From the sequence record SRR22947727_5200: a stretch of DNA of 64,000 bases; one strand, given 5' to 3'. A model generated the notes under the pieces. The model saw only the letters and a program-made list of their open reading frames with translations, was not told the origin of the DNA and did no database searches. Position numbers and translations under genes: made by a program. Shown piece by piece: positions 40,589 through 49,773 of this stretch. Positions within the stretch are counted from its first letter, which is position 1. Each line of letters opens with the position of its first letter.

Positions 40589-42268
40589 CTAAGCCTCTAT
40601 GACGACGGGAACAATCATCGGCCGGCGACGGTGTTGGGTGTTGACCCATCGACCAATGGTGCGCCTGACGACCTGCTGGAACGACTGAGTGTCCCTGGTT
40701 CCGTTGGCGGAGGCCTCTTCGAGTGCCTTCACAATGGCGGGGCGAACATCGTCAAAAACGGAGTCGTCTGGGGCGAACCCTCGAGCGTGAATCTCGGGTC
40801 CGACGATGATTTTTCCGGTCTGTGGGTCCATGGCGATGAAAATGGAAATGAAGCCCTCTTCGGCCAAAATGCGACGATCTTTGAGATCGGCTTCAGTGAT
40901 TTCGCCAACGGTGGAGCCATCCACGTAGACGAAACCAATATCGAGCTGGCCCACCTGAGTGGCGATTCCATCGACCATATCCACGACGGTGCCGTTTTCT
41001 CCGACGAGAGTGCTTTCGCGAGGAACACCCGAGGAAATGGCCACCTCCGCGTTAGCGCGAAGGTGGCGTGCTTCACCGTGGACGGGCATGACCTGTCGAG
41101 GTTTCACGATGTTGTAGCAGTAGAGGAGCTCACCGGCAGCGGCGTGTCCCGAGACGTGGACTTTGGCGTTGCCTTTGTGGACGACGTTGGCACCCAAGTC
41201 GATGAGTCCATTGATTACTCGATACACCGCGTTCTCGTTACCGGGAATGAGGCTGGAAGCGAGGATGACTGTGTCTCCGGGGCCAATCTCAATGGTCGGG
41301 TGCTCCCGGTTGGCCATGCGAGACAGGCCCGCCATCGGTTCACCCTGAGAGCCTGTAGTCATATAGAGCACTCGCTCATCAGGAAGCTCTACGGCCTTTT
41401 TCGCATCCACCAAGAGACCATCGGGAACACTCAGGTAGCCAAGTTCCTGGGCGATACCCATGTTGCGCACCATGGAGCGCCCCACCAGTGCCACGAGACG
41501 ATTATTGGCGGCTGCCGCATCAATGACCTGTTGCACTCGATGCACGTGGGAAGCAAAACTCGCGACGATAACCCGCCTGGGTGCTCGATGAACTATTTGG
41601 TCCAGGATGGGTCCAATATCAGCTTCCCGAGGAGTGAAGCCGGGGACGTCGGCGTTGGTGGAGTCCACCAAGAAAAGGTCAACGCCCTCTTCCCCGAGCC
41701 TCGCGAACGCCCGAAGATCAGTCAGGCGACCATCGAGGGGAAGCTGATCCATCTTGAAGTCACCCGTGTGCAAGACGGAACCGGCGACGGTTCGAATCAT
41801 GACGGCCAGGGCGTCCGGGATCGAGTGGTTGACCGCAACAAACTCAAGATCGAAGGGACCAAGCTTTTCCCGACCGCCGGCCTCGACCGACATGGTCAAG
41901 GGACTAATTCTGTGTTCCTTGAGCTTCGCCTCAATCAGAGCCAAGGTCAGGGTGGTCCCAATCAGGGGAATGTCATCGCGAAGCCTCAGCAGGTAGGGCA
42001 CCGCGCCAATGTGGTCCTCGTGACCGTGCGTCAACATGATGGCCACCACGTCATCGAGTCGATCCCTAATCGGCTCAAAGTCGGGCAGGATCAGGTCAAC
42101 GCCGGGTTGGGTCTCCTCCGGAAAGAGCACCCCGCAGTCGACGATAAGCAACTTGCCATCAATCTCAAACACGGTCATATTGCGACCGATTTCACCAATT
42201 CCCCCGAGAGGAATAACGCGCAGAGTTCCGGGAAGTAGTGCTGGTGGGTCCACCAAAGGTTGGGGCAT
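40589..42268 (-). CDS. rnj: Ribonuclease J
   Basis: GGIGEIGRNM, THGHEDHIG, HTGDFK and HVSGH. Confidence 0.97.
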   Translation of the reverse strand: MPQPLVDPPALLPGTLRVIPLGGIGEIGRNMTVFEIDGKLLIVDCGVLFPEETQPGVDLILPDFEPIRDRLDDVVAIMLTHGHEDHIGAVPYLLRLRDDIPLIGTTLTLALIEAKLKEHRISPLTMSVEAGGREKLGPFDLEFVAVNHSIPDALAVMIRTVAGSVLHTGDFKMDQLPLDGRLTDLRAFARLGEEGVDLFLVDSTNADVPGFTPREADIGPILDQIVHRAPRRVIVASFASHVHRVQQVIDAAAANNRLVALVGRSMVRNMGIAQELGYLSVPDGLLVDAKKAVELPDERVLYMTTGSQGEPMAGLSRMANREHPTIEIGPGDTVILASSLIPGNENAVYRVINGLIDLGANVVHKGNAKVHVSGHAAAGELLYCYNIVKPRQVMPVHGEARHLRANAEVAISSGVPRESTLVGENGTVVDMVDGIATQVGQLDIGFVYVDGSTVGEITEADLKDRRILAEEGFISIFIAMDPQTGKIIVGPEIHARGFAPDDSVFDDVRPAIVKALEEASANGTRDTQSFQQVVRRTIGRWVNTQHRRRPMIVPVVIEA

Positions 42269-42279
42269 GAGATCCTTCG

Positions 42280-43254
42280 TTAGCGAGTAGTGCCCGCCAC
42301 CTTCGGGAGGGCACCCCCTGCGGCCGCATTGCGGTCAGGGCGGAAGTTAGAGAAATCAGCGCCGGAAACACCGTGAACCAGTGCGATGTCGTTCTCGATG
42401 AGTGCCGCTTCCGATTCTTCGGGTCCCACGAGAGGCAAGCGAACTCGAGGAGAGGAGATGCGACCGAGCCCATGCAGGATGTATTTCGTCGCTACCGTGC
42501 CGGGTACGTGGGTCATCGTCGCGCGAACGAGAGGCTCCAGAAGCTTGTGCTGGGCGGTAGCGGCCGCAAGATCACTGCGGTTCACAGCATCCACGATAAT
42601 CCGGTAAGGCTCCGGGGCAATATTCGCCGTCACGCCAATCAACCCAGTTCCACCAATAGCGAGTGTGGGAAGTGCGTTTGCGTCATCGCCGGCGAAATAG
42701 AGCAAATCAGTCTGGTTCATCACCCGGGAGACCTCGCTCAGGTCACCCTTCGCGTCCTTGACCGCACGGATATTGGGGTGTTTTGCGGCTCGCAGGATGG
42801 TGTCGTACTTGATTTCGATGCCTGAGCGACCAGGAATGTCATAAAGAATCACGGGTAGATCAGTGGCATCAGCAATCAGGCGGAAATGGGTGAGGACTCC
42901 CGCTTGAGTTGGTTTGTTGTAATACGGGGTGACCACCATCACACCGTCAGCGCCCGCTTTTTCGCTGGCTTTATAAAGCTCGATGGCGTGAGCGGTTTCG
43001 TTAGAACCACCACCCGTGATGATTTTTGCTCTTCCGCCAGACACTGATTTGCCGGTCTTGACAAGCTGAATCTTCTCAGCGTCGGTCAGAGTGCTCGTCT
43101 CTCCGGTGGTGCCGGTCACGACGAGACCATCAGCACCGTGGCTGATCAGACTCTCCATCAGGGATTCAACGCCTGGCCAGTCCACTTCGCCATCAACGCT
43201 CATTGGCGTGACCATGGCGACCAGCACTTGGCCGAAAGGATTCTCAGTTACCAC
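42280..43254 (-). CDS. dapA: 4-hydroxy-tetrahydrodipicolinate synthase
   Basis: GTTGE, PYYNKP, LYDIPGR and catalytic Lys in AVKDA. Confidence 0.96.
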   Translation of the reverse strand: MVTENPFGQVLVAMVTPMSVDGEVDWPGVESLMESLISHGADGLVVTGTTGETSTLTDAEKIQLVKTGKSVSGGRAKIITGGGSNETAHAIELYKASEKAGADGVMVVTPYYNKPTQAGVLTHFRLIADATDLPVILYDIPGRSGIEIKYDTILRAAKHPNIRAVKDAKGDLSEVSRVMNQTDLLYFAGDDANALPTLAIGGTGLIGVTANIAPEPYRIIVDAVNRSDLAAATAQHKLLEPLVRATMTHVPGTVATKYILHGLGRISSPRVRLPLVGPEESEAALIENDIALVHGVSGADFSNFRPDRNAAAGGALPKVAGTTR

Positions 43255-43293
43255 GCACCCAGGCTAGCGCTCGCAAGCGCTGGGCGCACACCC

Positions 43294-44025
43294 CTAGGGA
43301 GCTACGCGACCGTTCTGGTCAAAGGTGTCAGCCGTCATCGGCATAAGCGGCTTCCAGAGGTCTTCCATCTTCTCCGCCACCATTTCAATCTCGCGTTGCG
43401 GGAACGAGGGGAAGTGCGTTCCTTCTCGTTTGGTGCGCAAGCTGAGGAAATTCATCAAGCTTCGAGCGTTCATGGTGACGTACATGCTGGAGTAGAGGGT
43501 CACGGGCAAGACCGCTCGAGACACTTCACGGGCCACGCCAGCCTCGAGCATGCGCTGGTAGCTCTCGTAGGCCTGAGTACACACGGCGACGACCTCATCA
43601 TGGACCAGAGCAGTCTGCTCCGGTGTTCCGTCTTCGAACTCATAGGCTCCAGGCTTCCCCACCTGGACAAGCTTCCGCTCAGGACCGGGGACATAGAACA
43701 CGGGGCGAAGCTCACGATAGCGACCGCTTTCCTCGTTGTATGAGGCGATGCGGTGTCGCATAAATTCCCGGAACACGAAGATGGGGGCTTGGACATAGAA
43801 CGTCAACGAGTTGTGCTCAAAGGGTGAACCGTGACGATCCCGCATCAAATAGTTGATCAAGCCACGGTCACGCTCAGACGCTTCCACTCCCGAGCTTGCA
43901 GCCTCCAGGGTTTGCTCACCCTGGGTGCTCACGCGTGCCGCAAACAGCACATCAGCGTCGCTCGCGCTGTGGCGAACAAGCTCCACCGTTACATCAGACC
44001 GGAACTCAATCTGTTCGCTTGCCAC
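43294..44025 (-). CDS. thyX: FAD-dependent thymidylate synthase
   Basis: HGSPFEH, RHRIASYNEESGRY and NARSLMNFLSLR. Confidence 0.97.
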   Translation of the reverse strand: MASEQIEFRSDVTVELVRHSASDADVLFAARVSTQGEQTLEAASSGVEASERDRGLINYLMRDRHGSPFEHNSLTFYVQAPIFVFREFMRHRIASYNEESGRYRELRPVFYVPGPERKLVQVGKPGAYEFEDGTPEQTALVHDEVVAVCTQAYESYQRMLEAGVAREVSRAVLPVTLYSSMYVTMNARSLMNFLSLRTKREGTHFPSFPQREIEMVAEKMEDLWKPLMPMTADTFDQNGRVAP

Positions 44026-44129
44026 CCGCACTGCCTTTCTCGAAAACCTGAGCCAAGCCTACTTCTCTCCCGGTAACGCTTCGTCATATCCCGGCGAGAT
44101 GATGACCCGCGCGCGTAGGGTAATGAGCC

Positions 44130-44588
44130 ATGGAGCCACTGCAGATTGCCCTGATTGTGGGAGCGTTAGTCGTCCTGGCGACACTCCTGGGATTTGCCTG
44201 GCAAAACAAACAGGGAGCCGTGTCGAGGAGAGCGAGGCCCTCTCTCCCCGCCGATGTGCCACTCGATCTCGTCGATTCCACCGCGGTCATCACACTCCTC
44301 CAGTTCTCAGGGCCTTTCTGTTCCTACTGCGCGGCCATGCGCGGCGTCCTGGGTGCTGAAGCCGCCTCCAGCGAAGGTCAGGTAGCTCACCGAGAAATCG
44401 ACATCACCGACTACCCGGAGCTAACCGCTTCGCTCAAGGTGTCTCAAACCCCGACCACGTTTGTCGTGACCAGAACTGGTCACGTTATTTCTCGCATCCG
44501 TGGGGCAGCAAAGCCTCCTGTCGTTGCCGAGGAAGTTCATCAAGCACTCACCACACGAAAGGCACAATCTGATGAGTACCTCATCTAA
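44130..44588 (+). CDS. Membrane-anchored thioredoxin-like protein
   Basis: N-terminal TM helix, LQFSGPFCSYC (CxxC) and cis-Pro loop QTPT. Confidence 0.85.
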   Translation: MEPLQIALIVGALVVLATLLGFAWQNKQGAVSRRARPSLPADVPLDLVDSTAVITLLQFSGPFCSYCAAMRGVLGAEAASSEGQVAHREIDITDYPELTASLKVSQTPTTFVVTRTGHVISRIRGAAKPPVVAEEVHQALTTRKAQSDEYLI

Positions 44589-45066
44589 CTCTCCCGCGGG
44601 CATTGATCCACGCAGCCCACGATTTGGCGCGGGCATCACCGCCATCTTGTTGTTGATCACCATCGCACTGGGGCTGGGGGCTGAAGCCTCCGGTGGAACG
44701 CTCTCGCAGCGCGCACTGGAACCGGGGTTCTTGCTTCTCGCTGCCATCACGGCCTTGTTTGCCTGGGGCGCGTTTGCCGGGGTCAAACGCCACCCGTATG
44801 GCGCGCTCTACAAGGCAGTGCTTCGCCCCAGACTGGGCCCACCTTCCTACTTAGAAGAGCCAGAGCCTCCTACCTTCGCCCAGTTGGTGGGTTTCCTGGT
44901 CTCTGTCACCGGTGTGGTGCTGCACCTAGTGGGAGTCCCCTACGGTCTCGTGATCGCCGCGGGTGTTGCCTTCATAGCAGCATTTCTCAATTCGGTGTTC
45001 GGGTTATGCCTCGGGTGCGAAATGTATGCACTCCTCGTTCGAGCGCGGATTATTCGCCCGTCCTAG
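44572..45066 (+). CDS. DUF4395-family membrane protein
   Basis: IDPRSPRF, PPTFAQLVG and AFLNSVFGLCLGC. Confidence 0.85.
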   Translation: MSTSSNSPAGIDPRSPRFGAGITAILLLITIALGLGAEASGGTLSQRALEPGFLLLAAITALFAWGAFAGVKRHPYGALYKAVLRPRLGPPSYLEEPEPPTFAQLVGFLVSVTGVVLHLVGVPYGLVIAAGVAFIAAFLNSVFGLCLGCEMYALLVRARIIRPS

Positions 45067-45074
45067 GTGTCTCG

Positions 45075-45108
45075 GTGAGAATGCCCTGAGAGGTGTCGCA
45101 TTAACACT
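45075..45108 (+). promoter_or_regulatory. MprA-like direct-repeat box and -10 upstream of osmC
   Basis: GTGAGA-atgcc-CTGAGA (reverse complement TCTCAG-N5-TCTCAC), then N11, then AACACT. Confidence 0.5.
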
Positions 45109-45157
45109 GAGATAGTGGTTCGATTAGGTCACACCCACCCTTTGGAAGGATTACCTC

Positions 45158-45583
45158 ATGGCAGTCACTAGCGAAGCACGAACTCAGTGGTCAGGTTCTC
45201 TCGTGGAGGGATCTGGCTCCACCGCTCTGGTGTCCTCCGGCGCAGCGACCTTCGACGTCACCTGGGCTGCACGCAGCGAAGGACAAACTGGAATCACCAA
45301 CCCTGAAGAGCTTCTGGGCGCAGCGCACTCAGCGTGTTACTCGATGGCGCTCTCCCACGCCCTCAGCGGTGCGGGCACACCGCCGGAATCCCTTGACGTG
45401 ACCGCGGCGGTGACGTTTGTTCCCGGCGAAGGCGTGACGGGGTCCCACCTTCTCGTCTCCGCAAGCATTCCCGGCATGGACGAGCAGACCTTCCAAGGAT
45501 TTGCGGAGGACGCCAAAGAGAATTGCCCCATTTCGAAGGCGCTCGCTGGAGTCCCGATCACCCTTGAGGCGACACTGCAGTAA
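45158..45583 (+). CDS. osmC: OsmC-family peroxiredoxin
   Basis: TNPEELLGAAHSACYSMAL and AKENCPISKAL. Confidence 0.93.
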   Translation: MAVTSEARTQWSGSLVEGSGSTALVSSGAATFDVTWAARSEGQTGITNPEELLGAAHSACYSMALSHALSGAGTPPESLDVTAAVTFVPGEGVTGSHLLVSASIPGMDEQTFQGFAEDAKENCPISKALAGVPITLEATLQ

Positions 45584-46533
45584 TGCTGAAGGGCTACCGC
45601 GAAGAATCCGCTCGTTTGAGAGTTCTGATTTCGGGCTCGAGCGGCCTCATCGGAACACCGCTGAAGAAGCTTCTCCAAGACCAAGGCCACGCTGTGCACA
45701 CTCTCGTGCGACGTTCACCGCGCGACGCAAGCGAACACTTTTGGAACCCCGCCTCAGGGGAAATCGAGGCAGGAATCTTGGATCACACCGATGTTGTAAT
45801 TAACCTGGCTGCTGCCTCGATTTCTCCATGGCTCTTTCTCGGAAGGACACCCTGGGCTGCCGGACAAAAAAGAAACATACTGACCTCGCGCCTCGATGCC
45901 GCAAAAACTCTGGCCACAGCCATCACGCGGGCCACAACACCACCGAGCCTCCTGATTCAAGCCAGCGCGGTCGGTTTCTATGGGGATCGAGCCAGTGAGG
46001 AGCTCACCGAGCAAAGCTCACGCGGTGAAGGTTTTCTGGCAGACGTGCAAGTTCAAGCTGAGGCCGCGGCATCAGAAGCAGAGAGCGACGTCACCCGAAT
46101 CTGTTACGCCCGAAGTGCAGCAGTCATGGGGAAGGGAGCGCTGTCTACCTCGCTGCTGAAACTTCAAACCGCGGTAGGCCTCGGAGGACCCATCGGAGAT
46201 GGTTCTCAATGGTGGCCTTGGATATCTCTTCACGACGAAGTCCGAGCATTGGCCTATCTGGCCAACCATGAAACTACTTTTGGTGTCTTCAACCTCGTGA
46301 GTCCGACACCTGCTACTGCGCTTGACCAAACCAAGGCGCTGGCCCGAGGGATGAGGAGACCACATTGGCTGGGATTTCCGCGCTTCGCGATAGTGGCGCT
46401 TATGGGAGAGGCCGGAAAGGAAATTCTCTTGACCTCACAACGGGTGATACCCGAGAGACTGTTGACCTCAGGCTTCAAGTTTGAGGATGAAACTCTGGAG
46501 GCAACGGTTTCGCGGCTGCTCCACAGTGACTAG
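45583..46533 (+). CDS. TIGR01777-type NAD-dependent epimerase/oxidoreductase (YfcH-like)
   Basis: ISGSSGLIG, INLA, ASAVGFYG and GSQWWPWISLHD. Confidence 0.88.
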   Translation: MLKGYREESARLRVLISGSSGLIGTPLKKLLQDQGHAVHTLVRRSPRDASEHFWNPASGEIEAGILDHTDVVINLAAASISPWLFLGRTPWAAGQKRNILTSRLDAAKTLATAITRATTPPSLLIQASAVGFYGDRASEELTEQSSRGEGFLADVQVQAEAAASEAESDVTRICYARSAAVMGKGALSTSLLKLQTAVGLGGPIGDGSQWWPWISLHDEVRALAYLANHETTFGVFNLVSPTPATALDQTKALARGMRRPHWLGFPRFAIVALMGEAGKEILLTSQRVIPERLLTSGFKFEDETLEATVSRLLHSD

Positions 46534-46973
46534 GAACTCTTCTTCAGACCAATAGCTTTTCGCACCGCCCACCGGGCACGCCGGCGATCACCGCAGGCGT
46601 CATAGGCAAGGCCGAGACGAAGCCACGACTGCCATGATTCTGGGTTCCCTTCAGCCTCCGCCTTGAAAGCGGGGAACGCGGCTTCGGCAGCTTCCCGATC
46701 GGGGCGGCCACTGGTCAAGGAGGGCAGCTCCTCCCCGGGGAGAAGCCCTGTGCGCTCAAGCTCGATGGTGAGGGCGGCTGAGCGCCGAGCAAAGATCAAC
46801 TCCGCTACCAGTCCCCACGCCCCCAAGAGAGGAAGAATCCCGAGTGCATAGCCCATGGCGTTAGCCAGTGCCGAATCATCGCGGATCAGAATCCAGGCAT
46901 AGTTCGCGGTGAATGCTAAATAGACAACCAACAACAGCGCCATAAACAGCGCCGCGATCATGGGGCGATTCAT
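46530..46973 (-). CDS. Membrane protein with a TPR-like C-terminus
   Basis: Two TM helices, then WQSWLRLGLAYDACGDRRRAR; coupled to dapB (ATGA overlap). Confidence 0.8.
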   Translation of the reverse strand: MNRPMIAALFMALLLVVYLAFTANYAWILIRDDSALANAMGYALGILPLLGAWGLVAELIFARRSAALTIELERTGLLPGEELPSLTSGRPDREAAEAAFPAFKAEAEGNPESWQSWLRLGLAYDACGDRRRARWAVRKAIGLKKSS

Positions 46974-47707
46974 GAGTCAGCAGCAGCGAGAGCGTGCTCC
47001 AGGCCCACAGCAAGTCCCACGTGGTGTTCCATGAAGCGCAGTGCCTTGACGATTCCTGCCTGGTAGGCATCCCGGGAGTGGGTGTCGTGCGTGATGGTGA
47101 GTGTCTCCCCCACACCACCAAACTTCACATCTTGCTGCGCGAGGACCCCATTGAGTCGCAGGGAGTGCACGGGGATGCCCTGGACTTGCTCGCCCCTCGC
47201 GCTCTGGTTGGAGTGGGGAGCGATAACCCCACCTCTGTCTCGACGCACCGCCGCGATTTCTTCTGCTGTGCGCACCGCAGTCCCACTGGGAGAATCTGCT
47301 TTCCCGGCGTGGTGGGCCTCCACAATTTCAATGGACTCAAAGTGCTCCGCCACGGTCTTCGAAATCATTATCTGGAGGGTTGCGCCAAGAGAAAAGTTCG
47401 GAACGATAAACACGCTCGCACCAGGGTGCTCTGCCACCGTCTTGGTGAGCGTGGTGAGTCGATCGGAGGACCACCCGCTGGTCCCCACGAGGACCTTTAT
47501 TCCTTGGGCGATAGCGAAGTCCACGACCTGAGCGGAGACCCCCGGAAGGGTGACATCCACCGCAATATCCGCGCCCAACATGTCGTGCAGGTCGGAGTGC
47601 GAATCGAGGCGAGCGACGAGTTCCATCTCGGGCATCGCCTCAACGACCTGGCACACCTGGGTTCCCAAGCGACCGGTGGCACCAACAACTGCGACACGGG
47701 TAGGCAT
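46970..47707 (-). CDS. dapB: 4-hydroxy-tetrahydrodipicolinate reductase
   Basis: GATGRLG, GTSG, PNFSLG and EAHHAGKADSPSGTA. Confidence 0.96.
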   Translation of the reverse strand: MPTRVAVVGATGRLGTQVCQVVEAMPEMELVARLDSHSDLHDMLGADIAVDVTLPGVSAQVVDFAIAQGIKVLVGTSGWSSDRLTTLTKTVAEHPGASVFIVPNFSLGATLQIMISKTVAEHFESIEIVEAHHAGKADSPSGTAVRTAEEIAAVRRDRGGVIAPHSNQSARGEQVQGIPVHSLRLNGVLAQQDVKFGGVGETLTITHDTHSRDAYQAGIVKALRFMEHHVGLAVGLEHALAAADS

Positions 47708-47745
47708 GGGATAAGCCTACAAGTGCGCCGATGGGCGCTGGCTGG

Positions 47746-48021
47746 CTAGGACAAGCTCAGGAACAACTTCTCCAGATCATCCACGCTCAGGTCACCGTCT
47801 TTGGTGGGCTTGCCGTCCTCCGCCACGCACTCTTTCATGGCGGTGGCAATGATGGCGAACCCGGCCTTATCCAGCGCGCTGGATACCGCGGAGAGTTGGG
47901 TGACGACGGAGCGACAATCTTTGCCCTGCTCGACCATCGAAATGACAGCACCGAGTTGCCCCTGTGCGCGACGTAGCCGGTTGATGACCGGTTTCATGTC
48001 TGTGGGTGTGTCCTCTGCCAT
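47746..48021 (-). CDS. CsoR/RcnR-family repressor, CstR-like (two Cys, no metal-ligand His)
   Basis: NRLRRAQGQL...DCRSVVTQLSAV...TAMKEC; Ala sits where CsoR has His (H-x3-C). Confidence 0.88.
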   Translation of the reverse strand: MAEDTPTDMKPVINRLRRAQGQLGAVISMVEQGKDCRSVVTQLSAVSSALDKAGFAIIATAMKECVAEDGKPTKDGDLSVDDLEKLFLSLS

Positions 48022-48042
48022 GATTTCTCCTTTGGTAGCGCT

Positions 48043-49707
48043 CTAGGGTGTGCCGACAAGCTCTGGTTGGGTGGTTGCTGCCATTCCCATTTGCCAGGTG
48101 AGGTAGCCACCATCGAGGTTTGCAACCTCGATACCGTGCTGCATCAAGATGCTGGCAGCGGTGTGACCTCGCTGCCCCACACGACACGACACGATGACTT
48201 TCTCTCCCCGGAAGGAACCAACGTTCTCCCGAAGCTCGTCCAAGGTGACCAGCTCTGAACCGGGGATGGCTCCTCGGGTGTATTCACCATCGGTGCGCAC
48301 ATCCACCAGCCGCCACCCGTCTGCCATCAACGTCTCTACCTCATGCCACTGCACCGCATTCTCGCCGGTGGCGCGGTTCTCGTTGACATACCCGAGCATG
48401 TTGACGGGGTCCTTGGCTGACGCGAACTGTGGCGCGTAGGACAGCTCCAGATCAATCAAATCTGTTGCGGTCATTCCGCCAGCCATCGCGGTGGCAATCA
48501 CGTCGATGCGCTTGTCAACGCCTTCTTCTCCCACAGCCTGAGCACCCAAAATGAGATCGGTCTCCGGATCGACGATGATTTTCATCGCCATTTGCACTGC
48601 ATCGGGGTAGTACCCGGCGTGATTGATGGGGTGCGTGTGAATGATTCGCATCGCTCGGCCCTTCATTCCCAAGACCCGCTCGGTGTAGCCGGTTGAGGCA
48701 GCGGCCATTCCAAAGAAGCCGACAATCGAGGTTCCGAAAGCGGTCACCGCGTGTGCTGGTCGACCAGCAATCGAGTCGGCAGCGAGACGACCGTGGCGGT
48801 TCGCCAACCCCGCCAAGGGCACAAGGCTGTAGCCATCGGGGCGCTTCTTTTGCGCCACATCGCCCACGGCCCAAATATGGGGGTCAGAGGTTCTCTGCTG
48901 ATCATCAACAACCACACCTCCCGCATCGCCCATTTCGAGACCCGCTGCTACGGCGAGCTCAATGTTGGGGCGAGCTCCCACGGCAACAACAGTCATGTCG
49001 GCCTCGATGGTGGTGCCATCTGCGAGCGTCACACCAGATTCTGTGATGGCCGACACCTGCGCGGAGAGTCGAACATCCAACCCTTGGAAGCGAGCACGCT
49101 CCACCAGGGGCCAGGCCATCTCCACGTCCAACGTGGGCATCAGCTGAGGCAGAGCCTCCACCAGAGTGGTGGTAATTCCTCGGTGGACGAGATTCTCGGC
49201 CAGCTCCAACCCAATGAATCCACCGCCCACGACGATGGCGCTGCTGGCTGTCTCTGCTGCAGCAATGAGACGGTCCATGTCGTCCAAGTTCCACAAGACG
49301 TGGGCATCCTCAACCCCGGGGATGGGAGGCCTAAACGGAGTTGATCCTGGGCTCAACACCAGTGCGTCATACGCAATCTCCCGCGACTCGCCAGTTTCGA
49401 GATTGGTGACCGAAACGGTCTTCCGGTCCCGATTGATCGCGGTAGCTTCGGTGCGCAAGTGAACGTCAATGTTGAATCGCTTCTTCAGCTGCGCTGGCTG
49501 CTGGAGCACCAAAGAACCACGATGAGGGATGACACCGCCTACGTGATAGGGAAGGCCACAGTTCGCGAACGACACAGCGCCACCACGTTCGATGACGATG
49601 ATTTCGGCGCTCTCATGAATTCGGCGGAGTCTGGTGGCTGCGGACATTCCACCGGCCACGCCTCCGATAATCACGACGGTCTGAGGGAGTGTTGATGCTG
49701 AAGTCAT
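48043..49707 (-). CDS. CoA-disulfide/persulfide reductase with a C-terminal rhodanese domain
   Basis: GGVAGG, SFANCGLPY, GGGFIGLE, LSYAPQF, then rhodanese DVRT...CRVGQRG...NLDGG. Confidence 0.92.
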   Translation of the reverse strand: MTSASTLPQTVVIIGGVAGGMSAATRLRRIHESAEIIVIERGGAVSFANCGLPYHVGGVIPHRGSLVLQQPAQLKKRFNIDVHLRTEATAINRDRKTVSVTNLETGESREIAYDALVLSPGSTPFRPPIPGVEDAHVLWNLDDMDRLIAAAETASSAIVVGGGFIGLELAENLVHRGITTTLVEALPQLMPTLDVEMAWPLVERARFQGLDVRLSAQVSAITESGVTLADGTTIEADMTVVAVGARPNIELAVAAGLEMGDAGGVVVDDQQRTSDPHIWAVGDVAQKKRPDGYSLVPLAGLANRHGRLAADSIAGRPAHAVTAFGTSIVGFFGMAAASTGYTERVLGMKGRAMRIIHTHPINHAGYYPDAVQMAMKIIVDPETDLILGAQAVGEEGVDKRIDVIATAMAGGMTATDLIDLELSYAPQFASAKDPVNMLGYVNENRATGENAVQWHEVETLMADGWRLVDVRTDGEYTRGAIPGSELVTLDELRENVGSFRGEKVIVSCRVGQRGHTAASILMQHGIEVANLDGGYLTWQMGMAATTQPELVGTP

Positions 49708-49718
49708 GGGGACAGTAT

Positions 49719-49734
49719 ATACCCCCTAGGGTAT
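49719..49734. promoter_or_regulatory. CsoR/CstR-type operator
   Basis: ATACCC-CCTA-GGGTAT, between -10 TATACT (minus, 49714-49719) and -10 TACTAT (plus, 49741-49746). Confidence 0.8.
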
Positions 49735-49773
49735 TGGAGCTACTATCAGCGACCATCTGACACGGTAGTACCC

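Noticed and set aside
40631..42238. 535-aa ORF on the + strand
   Set aside because: It is the antisense shadow of rnj, with no motifs or RBS. Long stop-free antisense frames are expected from high-GC codon bias.
45067..45115. CTGAGA inside a hairpin, suggesting a TPP riboswitch
   Set aside because: The other TPP core elements are absent and osmC is not a thiamine gene; the direct-repeat reading fits better.
47746..48021. Copper-sensing CsoR controlling the orphan copC
   Set aside because: The Cu-ligand His is missing, the operon partner is a sulfur-redox enzyme, and I see no similar operator before copC.
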